DNA from: Candidatus Woesearchaeota archaeon
GTDB lineage: Archaea; Nanobdellota; Nanobdellia; Woesearchaeales; GW2011-AR9
DNA: 64,000 bases
Direction of reading: 5' to 3'
Assembly: GCA_945861715.1 (NCBI GenBank)
Contig: CAMAVK010000002.1
Span: forward strand, 10,440 to 74,439
The notes below the pieces were generated by a model. The model was not told the origin of the DNA, made no database searches, and saw only the letters and a program-made list of their open reading frames with translations. Every line of letters starts with the position of its first letter. The stretch's first letter is position 1. Positions 29,791-39,970 of this stretch are shown here, piece by piece. The translations under genes were made by a program, and so were the position numbers.

Positions 29791-32181
29791 TTATTTGTGT
29801 TCAATTACAAATACTTTGTATGTTGGGATTGGGGGAGTTGGTACATAGTATTGTTCATTGAGGACTTTTACTTCAAATGTGTGTTCTATTTCGTCTCGGC
29901 CGTCACTCACTTTCACACTTACCTGTTTGTTGCCAGGAGACTTGAATATTCTTTCTAGTCTGGTTGTTTGGTGGATGCGAGGATCTGTTAACCCTGTGTA
30001 CCAGGTATATTGAAGCCTTTGATCATTTAGGTCTTGATCTTGTGCTGACAATTCAAATCGAACTGGTTCGCCGAGTCTTGATGTTGTGGTACTCTGAATT
30101 GCGTGGGTGATGATTGGAATTTGATTGCTATTTTTTACTGTTATTTTCACAGGATGTATGGCTTCGATTTCTCCATCTGATGCGCCAAATCGCATGAAAA
30201 ATATGTTTGATTCCGTACTAAATCTTCTGATTGTGATGTTACTCATACTAGCTAGGTTGTTACGTACTGAATCAGTTTTATTTTCAACGATGTTAAAATC
30301 TGGGCGCCAGCTAAATGTGCCATCTCTAAATGATGCGCCTGGTGGAAGATCAACGATGCGTAATGTTACGTTATCTCCATCTGCGTCTGAAGCTGATACT
30401 TGAAAGCTTATTTCCTGACCTTCTAAGATTGTAAACTGATCTCCTGGAAGGATAAGCTTTGGTGCTTGGTCTAACTTTTCAATTGTTACATTGATTGGTT
30501 GTGTAGATTGGCTTTTTCCATCAGTTGCTGTAATGTATACAATTTTAGTTCCTTGCTCATTGAGATTCGGAGTCCATTGTTGTTTATTTACTGGGTCTGA
30601 ATAATAATAATGAATAATGTCTCCATCTGGGTCGAAGGCGGTTGGTTCAAATGTGATGGTTTGTGTTTCTTTGATTACAAAACTGGATGAGCTATTGATT
30701 GTTGGAGCTCTGTTTGTATTGTATATTTTAATTGGAACAGTTCCTCGTGAGCACCATCGTTTTCCGCAGGATTCTATTTGAATTTCGATAGTTTTTGATC
30801 TAATCAAGTATTGTTCTAGTCGGAGTGTATTTAGGATGTCACTTATGAACCCACCTCGGCGATGCAACTCATCATAATTTGGTGTCCAGGTAAGCGTTTT
30901 TGTGTTTTGGTCGTATGTGGCGCTTGGTGGAAGGTTGCTAAAATTGATTGATATGTTATCACCATCAGGGTCGAGGGTGTCTATTGTCCAGTACAATGTG
31001 TTTCCTTCGTTGACGTATAATGTCTGTGGAAGAGTAAGAATTGGTGCTCGGTCTACATCTCTTACCATAATTGCGATGTTTTTGGATGTTGTTAGTTCCG
31101 TGTCTGTTGCAGCTATTGTTACGTTATGATTACCAGCATCATCATAGGTTGTTTGCCATTCGCCAATGGAAGTAAATGGTGCGGAGAAGGTATAATTTAC
31201 TGTTTGATTGTCTTCGTCAACTTTGGGCAAATCCAATATTATTTTGTCCCCTTCTTCAACATCAATTGTTGAATATGATACCTGTGGTGCTCGATTCGTA
31301 TTTTTTATTGTTATGTTCCAGTTTTTTTCTGTTGAAATGAATCCGTCACTTGCGGTGAATTTTAATACATGTTGTCCCGCTTCATCATAACCCACATTAT
31401 ATGTGCCATTAGTTTTATCCGAAATACTAATGTTATCCCAAGTCCATAAAATAGTGAGTTTTTCTGGATGTTCATCGCTTAGGTTGATGTGAAAATTGAA
31501 TGGTATCCCTTCTGATGCGGTTATTTCGCTTTCGTTTGAAAATATATCTGTAATTGTCGGTGGTTGATTTGTATTTTCAATTTTAATGTTTATACGTACG
31601 GGAATTGTAAATTCTCCATCTGATACATTAAATGTGATGATTCTTTCTCCTGCATCGTTGTAGTTTGTTAGATAAATACCTTGCTTATTGAATGGTTGGG
31701 GGAAATGATAATCTAGTGTGTCTTCGTCCGGGTCTTCAATGATGGATTTTAGATCTATTGTTTGGGTTTCTTTGACTATTATTTTGTTTTCTATAACAAT
31801 GGGTGCTTGATTTTTATGATGTACAATGAGTAGGATGTCTTTGGTGGTATTTTCTTTTCCGTCGCTTGCGGTTATGGTGATGTTATAGTTTCCTTCATCA
31901 TCATAGGTTGTTTGCCATTCCCCTTTTGCATCGATTGGGTTTGAAAATGAGTACGTTATTTTATCGTGGTCAGCGTCGGTTGCTTCTGGGATGAGACGAA
32001 CAAAATCGGTTTCGTTTACTTCAAGCACTTTGGTGGCTGCAAATGCGGACTGCGTGTATAAGAGAATGGTGATTATTGAGAAAATGAGTAGGAAGGGTGT
32101 TATTGAGTGAGTTGTTGAATAGCTAGGTGAAGGAGTAGTTGAGTTTTTTTCATTTTTGGAGGATGTGTGTGATGGTTTCAT
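29791..32181 (-). CDS. Surface protein with tandem Ig/cadherin-like and PKD-like repeats
   Basis: N-terminal TM/signal; repeats N.AP...D.D.D...W.T.YDDAG...I.ASDG; LPPGASF...FSWRP. Confidence 0.85.
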   Translation of the reverse strand: MKPSHTSSKNEKNSTTPSPSYSTTHSITPFLLIFSIITILLYTQSAFAATKVLEVNETDFVRLIPEATDADHDKITYSFSNPIDAKGEWQTTYDDEGNYNITITASDGKENTTKDILLIVHHKNQAPIVIENKIIVKETQTIDLKSIIEDPDEDTLDYHFPQPFNKQGIYLTNYNDAGERIITFNVSDGEFTIPVRINIKIENTNQPPTITDIFSNESEITASEGIPFNFHINLSDEHPEKLTILWTWDNISISDKTNGTYNVGYDEAGQHVLKFTASDGFISTEKNWNITIKNTNRAPQVSYSTIDVEEGDKIILDLPKVDEDNQTVNYTFSAPFTSIGEWQTTYDDAGNHNVTIAATDTELTTSKNIAIMVRDVDRAPILTLPQTLYVNEGNTLYWTIDTLDPDGDNISINFSNLPPSATYDQNTKTLTWTPNYDELHRRGGFISDILNTLRLEQYLIRSKTIEIQIESCGKRWCSRGTVPIKIYNTNRAPTINSSSSFVIKETQTITFEPTAFDPDGDIIHYYYSDPVNKQQWTPNLNEQGTKIVYITATDGKSQSTQPINVTIEKLDQAPKLILPGDQFTILEGQEISFQVSASDADGDNVTLRIVDLPPGASFRDGTFSWRPDFNIVENKTDSVRNNLASMSNITIRRFSTESNIFFMRFGASDGEIEAIHPVKITVKNSNQIPIITHAIQSTTTSRLGEPVRFELSAQDQDLNDQRLQYTWYTGLTDPRIHQTTRLERIFKSPGNKQVSVKVSDGRDEIEHTFEVKVLNEQYYVPTPPIPTYKVFVIEHK

Positions 32182-32290
32182 GTGTATCTCTTCATCAACT
32201 CCTCTTTTTGAACTATTTTAGTTTTGAGATTGAATAAAAAAAAATAAAAAAATACTTTTTTGTGTTCTTTTTATGTGAATTTTGGTCTAC

Positions 32291-33343
32291 TTACTTTGCA
32301 AGATTTACAGCGGTGATTTCTGGCGCTGCATTTTGGTCTTGAACGGTTAAGTCGATTTTTTTCGTCACTTTGTCTTTTCCATCATCTGCTACAATTGTAA
32401 TGGTGTACTGACCGTGATCAGTGAATTTAGTTTCCCAAATTCCATCGTCGCCTACTGGGTCGCTTATTGTTATTTTGACTTTGTCGTTATCTAAGTCAGA
32501 CACAGATAGTTTTAGATTTACTATGTCACCCTCTTTTATAATTAATTTTTCTGGTGCTCCTTCAATTGTTGGCTTAACGTTAACATCTAAGATTCTTAGA
32601 AGGAAATTTTTCTCAGTTTTTAGTTCACCATCTGTTGCAGTAACTTTGATTTTATAGTCTCCGGCACTGGTGTAGTCTGTTTTAAAAGTTCCTTTCTTTA
32701 GAGGGTCGCTTATTGTTACTGTGACTTGATCTTTATTTGGATCCGTTATTTTTGGTTCGAATTTAATGAGGTCACCTTCTTTTACCGTCATATCATCAAC
32801 ACCTTCAATTAAAGGAGCCTGATTAACGCGTTCAACAATGATTTTTAATTTGGTGGTGGTTGATAGTTTTCCATCATTTGCTATGATAGTTGAGGCGTAT
32901 TCGCCGGCATCACCGAAGTTTGTTTTCCATTCTCCATTTTTATCAAGCGGTTTGTTAAATGATAAGCTTACTTGATCGTTATCTGGATCGGTGTAGTTTA
33001 CTTTTAATTTTAGAAGATCGTTTTCTTTTACTTTTACTGTTGCTTCACTAATGGAATTTGATTGGTTATTTGTTTTTATACTTGTTACTACTGCACTTGT
33101 AGTGGTTGGTTTTGGGGTTTCTACGCTCAAATTTTGTGTGTTGTTTGAACTTTTTTGATCAGTTTTGTTTGCTATAGGTATTTGGGCTACCGTTGTGTTA
33201 TCATTGGTTGGTGTTGCCGTACTTTCATTTGTTAATTCTGTGCTGTTGGTTGGTACTTGTGGAACTGCACATGAAGCAACGAAAAGAATCATTACTAAAA
33301 GAGATAATGGGATTGCTATTTTTTTAATTTGTATCACACTCAT
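32291..33343 (-). CDS. Lipoprotein-like surface protein with three Ig/cadherin-like repeats
   Basis: Lipobox-like FVASC, T/N-rich linker, repeats DPDND...W.T.F.DAGEY..A.DG. Confidence 0.82.
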   Translation of the reverse strand: MSVIQIKKIAIPLSLLVMILFVASCAVPQVPTNSTELTNESTATPTNDNTTVAQIPIANKTDQKSSNNTQNLSVETPKPTTTSAVVTSIKTNNQSNSISEATVKVKENDLLKLKVNYTDPDNDQVSLSFNKPLDKNGEWKTNFGDAGEYASTIIANDGKLSTTTKLKIIVERVNQAPLIEGVDDMTVKEGDLIKFEPKITDPNKDQVTVTISDPLKKGTFKTDYTSAGDYKIKVTATDGELKTEKNFLLRILDVNVKPTIEGAPEKLIIKEGDIVNLKLSVSDLDNDKVKITISDPVGDDGIWETKFTDHGQYTITIVADDGKDKVTKKIDLTVQDQNAAPEITAVNLAK

Positions 33344-33546
33344 TTTTTACACCTCCAGGTGTTTTCAGTGTTTTTTGCTTGATTTGGTATTTAAAGATTT
33401 AGAGACATTAACATATAGAAAAGAGAACGTTTTTTGATATAATGTGACTACTCACTAGCCTTGAGAGGAGTGATATAGGGTTTTTTGCACATTATTTTTT
33501 CGTTTCTTGTGAACACTTATTTCTTATGAGTATTTTTAAGGGAAAA

Positions 33547-33649
33547 TGGACCTGGCGAGAATTTCGGGATATCTTTCATGGAAGACATGTTGTCGAACTC
33601 GCTTCTCACCGCTGCCAGCGGTAAATAATAGCCGGTATACGACAGGCCC
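33547..33649 (-). tRNA. tRNA-Ala(GGC) with 31-nt T-loop intron (33561-33591, position 59/60)
   Basis: Acceptor GGGCCTG/CAGGTCC A with G3:U70; anticodon arm TACCG-CTGGCAG-CGGTG; BHB-like TTCG AC^A...CGAA AT^T restores T-loop TTCGACT. Confidence 0.88.
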
Positions 33650-33850
33650 ATTACTAAGGTTTAATGGGTGTTTCTTTAAAAAATTACCTTTTCTTTAGTG
33701 GTTAGTTCTTTTTGAGTGTGTATAATCTTTTATTTTTTGATTTAGTTTGATCTGGTGTTATTTTTTTGTCTATTTTACGCTCCTGCTGGATACTTCTTAC
33801 CCAAAGATTAATAATCCCTTTTGTCTTCTATCTGATAGGTTGGTTTGATT

Positions 33851-34399
33851 ATGAAAGATGTCATTCGAAAGGAGATTATTTATGATTTAGGTCAAATACA
33901 ATCACTTTTAGCGACAGGGTCCGATCCGGAACAAATTCGGGTCTTAAGCGATCATACTATTTCTGATGTTGCGGCGTATAAAGACATGGATATGATTACA
34001 ATTACTGTTATGATTTATGCATTGTATAAAATTTATCCTTTTTCACTTTTGGAAGATAAGGAACAGGTTTTAAAACATGTCAGCGCGTCAAAGGTTGCAC
34101 TTACAAGTCGGAATTTGGTTGAGTATAATAAACAAATTAAAAGTTTGTATACTTTTATTCAATCAAAGAGTTCTTCGGTTAAGGATCATTTGGAGAGTGT
34201 TATGCAGGCGGCACGAGTGAAAAAGGGTACGGTTCTTTTAGGACATGGGCTTACTATTGGGCAGGCGGCTGGGCTTATGGGGCTAACAAATTGGGATTTA
34301 CAGGAGTATGCAAGTAAGACGTCTGTATTTGAGCCAACCAGAGAGACTATGTTGACATCTAAAAGATTGAAAGTTGCGTATACACTTTTTAATTTGTAA
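33851..34399 (+). CDS. Hypothetical protein with C-terminal HTH-like motif
   Basis: GLTIGQAAGLMGLTNWDLQEY resembles a UPF0175-type HTH. Confidence 0.65.
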   Translation: MKDVIRKEIIYDLGQIQSLLATGSDPEQIRVLSDHTISDVAAYKDMDMITITVMIYALYKIYPFSLLEDKEQVLKHVSASKVALTSRNLVEYNKQIKSLYTFIQSKSSSVKDHLESVMQAARVKKGTVLLGHGLTIGQAAGLMGLTNWDLQEYASKTSVFEPTRETMLTSKRLKVAYTLFNL

Positions 34400-34426
34400 T
34401 TGATAAGCTAATGTGGAGGGTGATGG

Positions 34427-35131
34427 ATGACGGGAGCAATATTTTTTGATTCAGGTACTATTATTTCTCTTACTATCGCTCGTTTATCCTGGCTTTTGCC
34501 CCATTTGCATAAACATTTTAATGGTCCGTTTTATATTACTCCTGCAGTCTATAAGGAGTTAGTTGAGAGACCTTTAGAAATTAGACGTTTTGAATTTGAA
34601 GCATTGCAAGTTATGAAACTTGTTCGTGAGGGCACATTGCAAGTGTATACTAAAGTTCCTGTTCGTGAAGTTAAAGAATTGACTCGGTTGGTTAATACGA
34701 GCGTTATGCTTAATGGTAAAAATTTGGATCTTATGCAGGAGGGTGAGATGCAGTCTCTTGCATGTGTGCTTGAAAATCCGGGATCAGTTCTTGCTATGGA
34801 TGAGCGTACGCTTCGTTATCTTATTGAGGATGGTGAGCAACTGACAAACTTACTTCGAGAGAGATTTCAAAAAGAAGTAGTTCCAAATAAGGCGCAGCTG
34901 CAACAATGTGCAACTATTTTCAAAGGAGTAAATATTATTCGATCAACTGAAATTTTAGCGGTTGCTTTTAGTCTTGGTCTCCTTAAGGAGTATGTACCAC
35001 CACAAAAAGATGGTTCTACGGTTCTACTTGATGCAGTGTTATGGGCTGTGAAATATGGTGGTTGCGCCATCACCGCTCTTGAGATAGAGCAATTGAAGAA
35101 GGACGTTTTAGCTCGAAATGTAGGTAAATAA
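34427..35131 (+). CDS. PIN-domain-like protein
   Basis: FFDSGTII, YITPAVYKELV, EGEMQSL, LAMDER: acidic PIN tetrad pattern; GGAGGGTGA RBS upstream. Confidence 0.7.
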   Translation: MTGAIFFDSGTIISLTIARLSWLLPHLHKHFNGPFYITPAVYKELVERPLEIRRFEFEALQVMKLVREGTLQVYTKVPVREVKELTRLVNTSVMLNGKNLDLMQEGEMQSLACVLENPGSVLAMDERTLRYLIEDGEQLTNLLRERFQKEVVPNKAQLQQCATIFKGVNIIRSTEILAVAFSLGLLKEYVPPQKDGSTVLLDAVLWAVKYGGCAITALEIEQLKKDVLARNVGK

Positions 35132-35411
35132 GAACCATTTTTCGTTACTTTATGGTGCAAATATGCGCTGTTGTCAGATATTTTCTTTTTATATCTCTAT
35201 GTTCAGGCTTCTATTTTTATACCTCTATTTTTATATAGTGGCGGCTCCTTTTAGGATTTAGACCTATTAAGAATATAATTTGGTTTGTTACGTGATTATG
35301 TTATAGTAAATCACAAAAATAAAGGAACTTTATGCTATGTGATTTACTATTCTAGTAGGGCTCACAAATGTTCCATAATTAATGAGCTCTACAATTATTG
35401 GAGAATGCACC

Positions 35412-36047
35412 ATGATTACAAGTATAGAACTCAAGAAATTAGAGCGGGAAGCACATGCACACGGAGTTTTAGTTGAGCATTTGATGGAGAATGCTGCGAG
35501 CGCAGTAGTTCAAATTCTGGAAGAAAAGTTTGATTTACGTCATCATAAAATTATTATTTTTTGCGGTAAGGGGAACAATGGTGCGGATGGTTTTTGTATT
35601 GCACATCGATTACTACAATATTCACCTTTGGTTATTTTAGTCGGTGATAAAAATACATTAACTGAAGAAAGTGCGGCGTATTATGCCATGATTAAAAAAG
35701 AAGTTCCTATTATACAAATTCAAGCGCAAAGTGATTTAGAAAAAATTTCTTTGCAAAAACATTTGCATTATATTTTTATTGATGCTTTACTTGGAATGGG
35801 TGTGCATGGAGATGTTAGGGAGCCTCTTACGAGTGTAATTTCCTTTTATAATTCATATGGTGCAACTAGGGTATCCATTGATATTCCTTCTGGACTTGAC
35901 CCGGATACGGGGAAGGCATTAGGCGTTGTTTGCGAGTCTGATTTGGTGATCACGTATCATGATTTGAAACCAGGGTTAGCTTCACTAAATTCCAAAGTTG
36001 TTGTTATTGATATTGGATTGCCACAGAGGGCGCATTTAAAGAAATAA
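35412..36047 (+). CDS. nnrE: NAD(P)H-hydrate epimerase (YjeF N-terminal domain)
   Basis: LMENAA, CGKGNNGADG, IDALLGMG, SIDIPSG, KPGL. Confidence 0.92.
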   Translation: MITSIELKKLEREAHAHGVLVEHLMENAASAVVQILEEKFDLRHHKIIIFCGKGNNGADGFCIAHRLLQYSPLVILVGDKNTLTEESAAYYAMIKKEVPIIQIQAQSDLEKISLQKHLHYIFIDALLGMGVHGDVREPLTSVISFYNSYGATRVSIDIPSGLDPDTGKALGVVCESDLVITYHDLKPGLASLNSKVVVIDIGLPQRAHLKK

Positions 36048-36065
36048 TTTTTTTAAAGCTGTGTG

Positions 36066-36114
36066 TTGTGATTGTATCTAAGTAGGTATTGTGATTGTAT
36101 CTAAGTAGGTATTG
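36066..36114. repeat. Tandem direct repeat, 23 bp x 2 (TTGTGATTGTATCTAAGTAGGTA)
   Basis: Exact copies at 36066-36088 and 36089-36111 between convergent genes. Confidence 0.9.
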
Positions 36115-36117
36115 GAA

Positions 36118-36558
36118 TTATATATCTTGTTCTCTTAGAAATCTTTCTGCTTTGATTACAATGTTTTTGTCTTTTTGATATCGTAGTTGTTCGATTGTTT
36201 TTTCATAGGGTAGCCAACTAAGCGCTTTGTGTTCTGATGAGATAGAGCCATCAGTGCCATCTAATACCTCCGCTAAGAAATACGTGACTTCCTTGGATAT
36301 TTTTTCTTCGTTGTACACCATTGCGTACTTAATAGACATTTCAAAATCCGGTATGATTTTTATTTGTGTTAAATGGGTTTCTTCAGTGGCTTCGCGTAAA
36401 GCGGCTTGTTCTTTGCTTTCGCCTGACTCTACATGACCTTTGCAGAGACCCCAATATATTTTGCTTGATGGATAGAGAAGTAGGAGGTATTCTCTTTTAT
36501 TGTTCCTTGTTCTTGTGAGAATGAGTCCAGCTGATGTTTGACGAGAGGTGATGTTCAT
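36118..36558 (-). CDS. NUDIX hydrolase, Ap4A hydrolase-like
   Basis: SAGLIL, WGLCKGHVESGESKEQAALREATEET Nudix box, SSEH..W. Confidence 0.9.
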   Translation of the reverse strand: MNITSRQTSAGLILTRTRNNKREYLLLLYPSSKIYWGLCKGHVESGESKEQAALREATEETHLTQIKIIPDFEMSIKYAMVYNEEKISKEVTYFLAEVLDGTDGSISSEHKALSWLPYEKTIEQLRYQKDKNIVIKAERFLREQDI

Positions 36559-36617
36559 TGGGTGGTAATATGATTTATTTTTTTTAAACTACTGGGAGAT
36601 ATTTTCATTAAGTTGTG

Positions 36618-37691
36618 TTAGTAATCACCTAATGTTTTGTTGCCGGAAAAATGGACTAATGAGGTGTTACCTTCTTTGTTCACCACTTTTTCAAGGGTGA
36701 CGAATCTGGCTTCTGAAAGTTTTGTGATACGTCGTTGAAAACTTTTGTAGCTCATTTCTTGTCTATTTGGCAGTTCGATATAAGCTGAGTATACTTCGCC
36801 AATTTTTTTCCCATTTTGGGCTCTTACGGTCTGGAGGATGGTTTGTAATTCTTCATCGAGTCCTTCTTTTGGTTTGATGTGAAATTCATCGGCTTTTTTG
36901 ATGGCTTGGGCGGCGTGGACTAGGGTTATTTTTCTCGAACTTTTGTCTTCTGCCATTTGACCGGCTTCTTTCATGAGGTACAAACCAATACGTACATCGT
37001 GAAATTCGGTGCATTTTTCAACTATTTCTTTGAATGCTTCTTCTTCCCAGCAGTTTTCAATAAAGGCATAATCGCGCCTTTGTGTTAAGATGGCTTTTAT
37101 TTCTGCTTCGTTGTATTCTCTGAAATTTTGGAATTCGCAGTTAAGCCTGGAGCGTATTCTTTCGTCTAACTCGGTGTATGTATCTCGGTAGTTTGTAATA
37201 AGGATAATTGATTTTCGGTAGATGTCTTCTAAGATGGTGTAGAGAAAATCTGTGTCTTCTAATTTGTCGATTTCATCAAAGATGAAGACAACCGATTTTT
37301 TGTTGAGCTCTTTTGAGAAGATGTTGAATAGTTCTGACGTTTTTTTGGCGACAAGGAATTTATGTCCCATGTCTTCACATATCTTGGTGTAAATTTTGAA
37401 TGTGGTGTTTTCTTTCCAGCAGTTGATGTAAATGGAGGTTATTTCATCGGTTGTTTCTTCGAGTTCTCTTAGAACATGTTTACATGCGGTTGTTTTTCCT
37501 ACGCCGGGTGGGCCGCATACAAAGAGGTTTCGCCCGCTGTGACCTGCAAAAAGTGGTTTTATAACGGTGGCAAAGCGTTGTTGTTCGGTTTCTCTTGCAA
37601 ATAGAATTTTCGGTTGGAAGTCGTAGCTTAACCAGATGGTATCACGAAAGAGGCTTTCACCTGATCTGAGCATATCTTTGAAGAGGGACAT
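36618..37691 (-). CDS. cdc6: Cdc6/Orc1 family replication initiation AAA+ ATPase
   Basis: L.YDFQP...RE.E, GPPGVGKT, YINCW, IFDEIDKL, LDERIRSRL, C-terminal wHTH; start at MSLFKDML. Confidence 0.9.
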   Translation of the reverse strand: MSLFKDMLRSGESLFRDTIWLSYDFQPKILFARETEQQRFATVIKPLFAGHSGRNLFVCGPPGVGKTTACKHVLRELEETTDEITSIYINCWKENTTFKIYTKICEDMGHKFLVAKKTSELFNIFSKELNKKSVVFIFDEIDKLEDTDFLYTILEDIYRKSIILITNYRDTYTELDERIRSRLNCEFQNFREYNEAEIKAILTQRRDYAFIENCWEEEAFKEIVEKCTEFHDVRIGLYLMKEAGQMAEDKSSRKITLVHAAQAIKKADEFHIKPKEGLDEELQTILQTVRAQNGKKIGEVYSAYIELPNRQEMSYKSFQRRITKLSEARFVTLEKVVNKEGNTSLVHFSGNKTLGDY

Positions 37692-37779
37692 ACTTTTGGT
37701 TTTGGTTTTGGGCTTATTAATCTTATGGGGGTTTGGTGGATAGGATGTGTGGTTGTGGTTTATTTGCTTATTTTGTACC

Positions 37780-38637
37780 TTATGCTTGGTTTGATTCGCT
37801 GTACGCGATGAAGCGTTGTTTGTCTTTTTCTTTTGCCTTACATTGTGATAATGATACATGTGCCCAATAGTCAGGTTGTTTTCTATCCTTTTCAACGTAT
37901 CGTGTAATGTCTAATTTCCAGAATGAACCGGTTGGTTGATATACTGGGGTATTGTTGAGTGGTTTGGACCAGAAAATTCTATGAGGTGGCGCTTCTGTTA
38001 ATCTTGTAAGCGCGAAACAAAAGTTGTCAAGTCTTTCTTTTGAGTTGCCTGCCAAGGCTATGTAGGTTGGTGAATCTAAGAGGCTTAGGGTTTTTTCGGT
38101 TCTTGTGAAATCTGTTCTTGTCGGGTGTTCGATGTTTGAACCGAGGATACTATATCCTGGTGCTTCATCATCTTTTACAGAAGCTGGAAGATAGATTCCA
38201 CTATGAGTTCTGAAGTAATCATCTGGTATGGGGAATCTGCAGTCCAAGGTGTATCGGTAATTTTTTAGGAGTTTGTTGATGTCGTTTTGGTTATTTAGGT
38301 GTAATCCTGTTTGGTCTGGATGTTCAAATGTGACGTCGGCAGTTGTGATGGAGAGTTTTCCTGCGAGCCTTGCTGATGGATTTTCTGCACCTGTAATTAA
38401 TAAATCCATGATTTCTGCCATCGTTAGGGCTGAAGCATTTTTTGTTGTTAGTCGATATAATGGTGAACCAAATCCATTTGGGTAATAAGATGTTAATGAT
38501 TGTGTGTTAATGCCTTCTAGGTGGTTTAATTGTTTTAGTGGATCTGTGTTATCACTTTCATCTTGAATAGATTGTGTCCATCCGTGGAAAAGTGCTGGAT
38601 ACGTTGGTTCACTTGCGAATATATTTCGAATTGCCAT
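37780..38637 (-). CDS. Hypothetical protein
   Basis: 285-aa ORF with GAGG RBS. Confidence 0.65.
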   Translation of the reverse strand: MAIRNIFASEPTYPALFHGWTQSIQDESDNTDPLKQLNHLEGINTQSLTSYYPNGFGSPLYRLTTKNASALTMAEIMDLLITGAENPSARLAGKLSITTADVTFEHPDQTGLHLNNQNDINKLLKNYRYTLDCRFPIPDDYFRTHSGIYLPASVKDDEAPGYSILGSNIEHPTRTDFTRTEKTLSLLDSPTYIALAGNSKERLDNFCFALTRLTEAPPHRIFWSKPLNNTPVYQPTGSFWKLDITRYVEKDRKQPDYWAHVSLSQCKAKEKDKQRFIAYSESNQA

Positions 38638-38729
38638 TTTAATTTCCTCTCTTTGGTTTTATCTTGTCTTTTTTGTTACTGTTCAGTGATTTTGAAAGAT
38701 ATATAAACTGATGTAGTAATTTTGTATAC

Positions 38730-39446
38730 ATGAATATACGTTTAACCCTTGAACAAGTTGGTCTTGGTAAGAATGAGATTGATGTATATCTCGCATTACT
38801 CAAATATGGCGAGGGAAGTGTTTCAACCATTGCGAAGACTTGCCCGACGCATCGAGTGAATATTTATGATGCGGCTCGGAGTCTTGTAAATAAGGGTTTG
38901 GTGTCTGAATTTTTGCAACATGATGTGGTTATATTCAAAGCAAATGAACCCTCTAAAATTTTGTCTTATTAACAGTTGCAACAGGAGAATGTTCGAACAA
39001 TTTTACCTCAACTTCAGCAATCGTTTGATATTCATAAGGATTCAGCGCAAACCTTTTATGGGATTGATGGGGTTAAACATATTCTTCAAGACATGATTGA
39101 AGAGGGAGAGGATATTTACTCATTTGGTATTCCCAAGGAGTTATCGGAGTCACTCGCTGATTTTACCACCACGTTTCATCGAAATCGTATTAAGAAAAAG
39201 ATTGCACTTTACCAAATTTATAATGAGAATGCTACAGAGCGAATTGCGTTTCTTAACAAATTGAAGTATTGCTCAGTGCGCCACTTGGATAAGAAATTTG
39301 ATGTTCCGGCCACTACGGTCATTTATGGCCGAAAAGTTGCTATATGGATTTTTGGTGATGTTATTTTTTCAGTTTTGATTACCAGTGAAACGATGGTTGT
39401 TGCGTATAAAAAATATTTTGATCTTCTCTGGAAGCAGGCCAAATAA
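38730..39446 (+). pseudogene. TrmB-family transcriptional regulator interrupted by in-frame TAA (38970-38972)
   Basis: LEQVGLGKNEIDVYLALL wHTH and C-terminal YGIDGVK...YGRKVAIW...YKKYFDLLWKQAK are in the same frame, separated by one stop codon. Confidence 0.8.
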
Positions 39447-39460
39447 TTATTTTCAATTGA

Positions 39461-39916
39461 TTAATCGATGTCGATAAAGGGGGAGTTGATATACGTAGCT
39501 AGATCAGGGGTTGTGCGTCTCAACTGTGCTTCTTTTCCAAAGAGTATCATTTCTTCTTCGCAGGCAAAGCCTGGCCAATCCCATCGAACGTTGAGGTCTA
39601 TTATGTTCCAACTAATTACCTCGGGATTACCTTGCCAATTTCCTTGTGGGAAATTTCCATAGCCAACTATGTGGAGACAAGGAACATTTTTGAGTTGCCA
39701 GAGTCCGCCAATAAAATACATCATATCTTTTGATTCTCCATTTCGTGTTGGGGGAGTGCGTGTTTTTACAAGTAATTCTAAAGCTTGGGAAATTTCTTCT
39801 AATTGTTGTTCTGGATTGAATGTATATGAGTTGTGTACATAGATCCGAGCTGGTTGGACTTCTTTATTCCATAATCCCGGTGTAGTTTTGTAACGGTGTG
39901 CGTTAATAAATGTCAT
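39461..39916 (-). CDS. Hypothetical protein
   Basis: 151-aa ORF with TTTAAA upstream. Confidence 0.6.
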   Translation of the reverse strand: MTFINAHRYKTTPGLWNKEVQPARIYVHNSYTFNPEQQLEEISQALELLVKTRTPPTRNGESKDMMYFIGGLWQLKNVPCLHIVGYGNFPQGNWQGNPEVISWNIIDLNVRWDWPGFACEEEMILFGKEAQLRRTTPDLATYINSPFIDID

Positions 39917-39970
39917 AATAGGGTTAAATTGACTGTTTTGTTTAAATATTTTGGAGAAATGTGTGTTATT

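Noticed and set aside
36066..36114. 23-bp direct repeat as a mini CRISPR array
   Set aside because: The two copies abut with no spacer and there are no cas genes; this is a simple tandem duplication
36559..37800. Replication origin (ORB elements) next to cdc6
   Set aside because: The flanking intergenic gaps are short, I saw no ORB-like repeats, and the strand bias does not visibly change
37692..37895. N-terminal extension of Cdc6 in the ORF track (also extensions at 912-1079, 14889-14984, 29685-29804, 50603-50767)
   Set aside because: These overlap neighbouring genes or promoters and are low-complexity; downstream ATGs fit the family starts
8962..39446. TAA stop-codon reassignment suggested by two in-frame TAA interruptions
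   Set aside because: Conserved genes (hisS, serS, mutL, rpl35ae) end at TAA at their expected C-termini, so TAA is a normal stop
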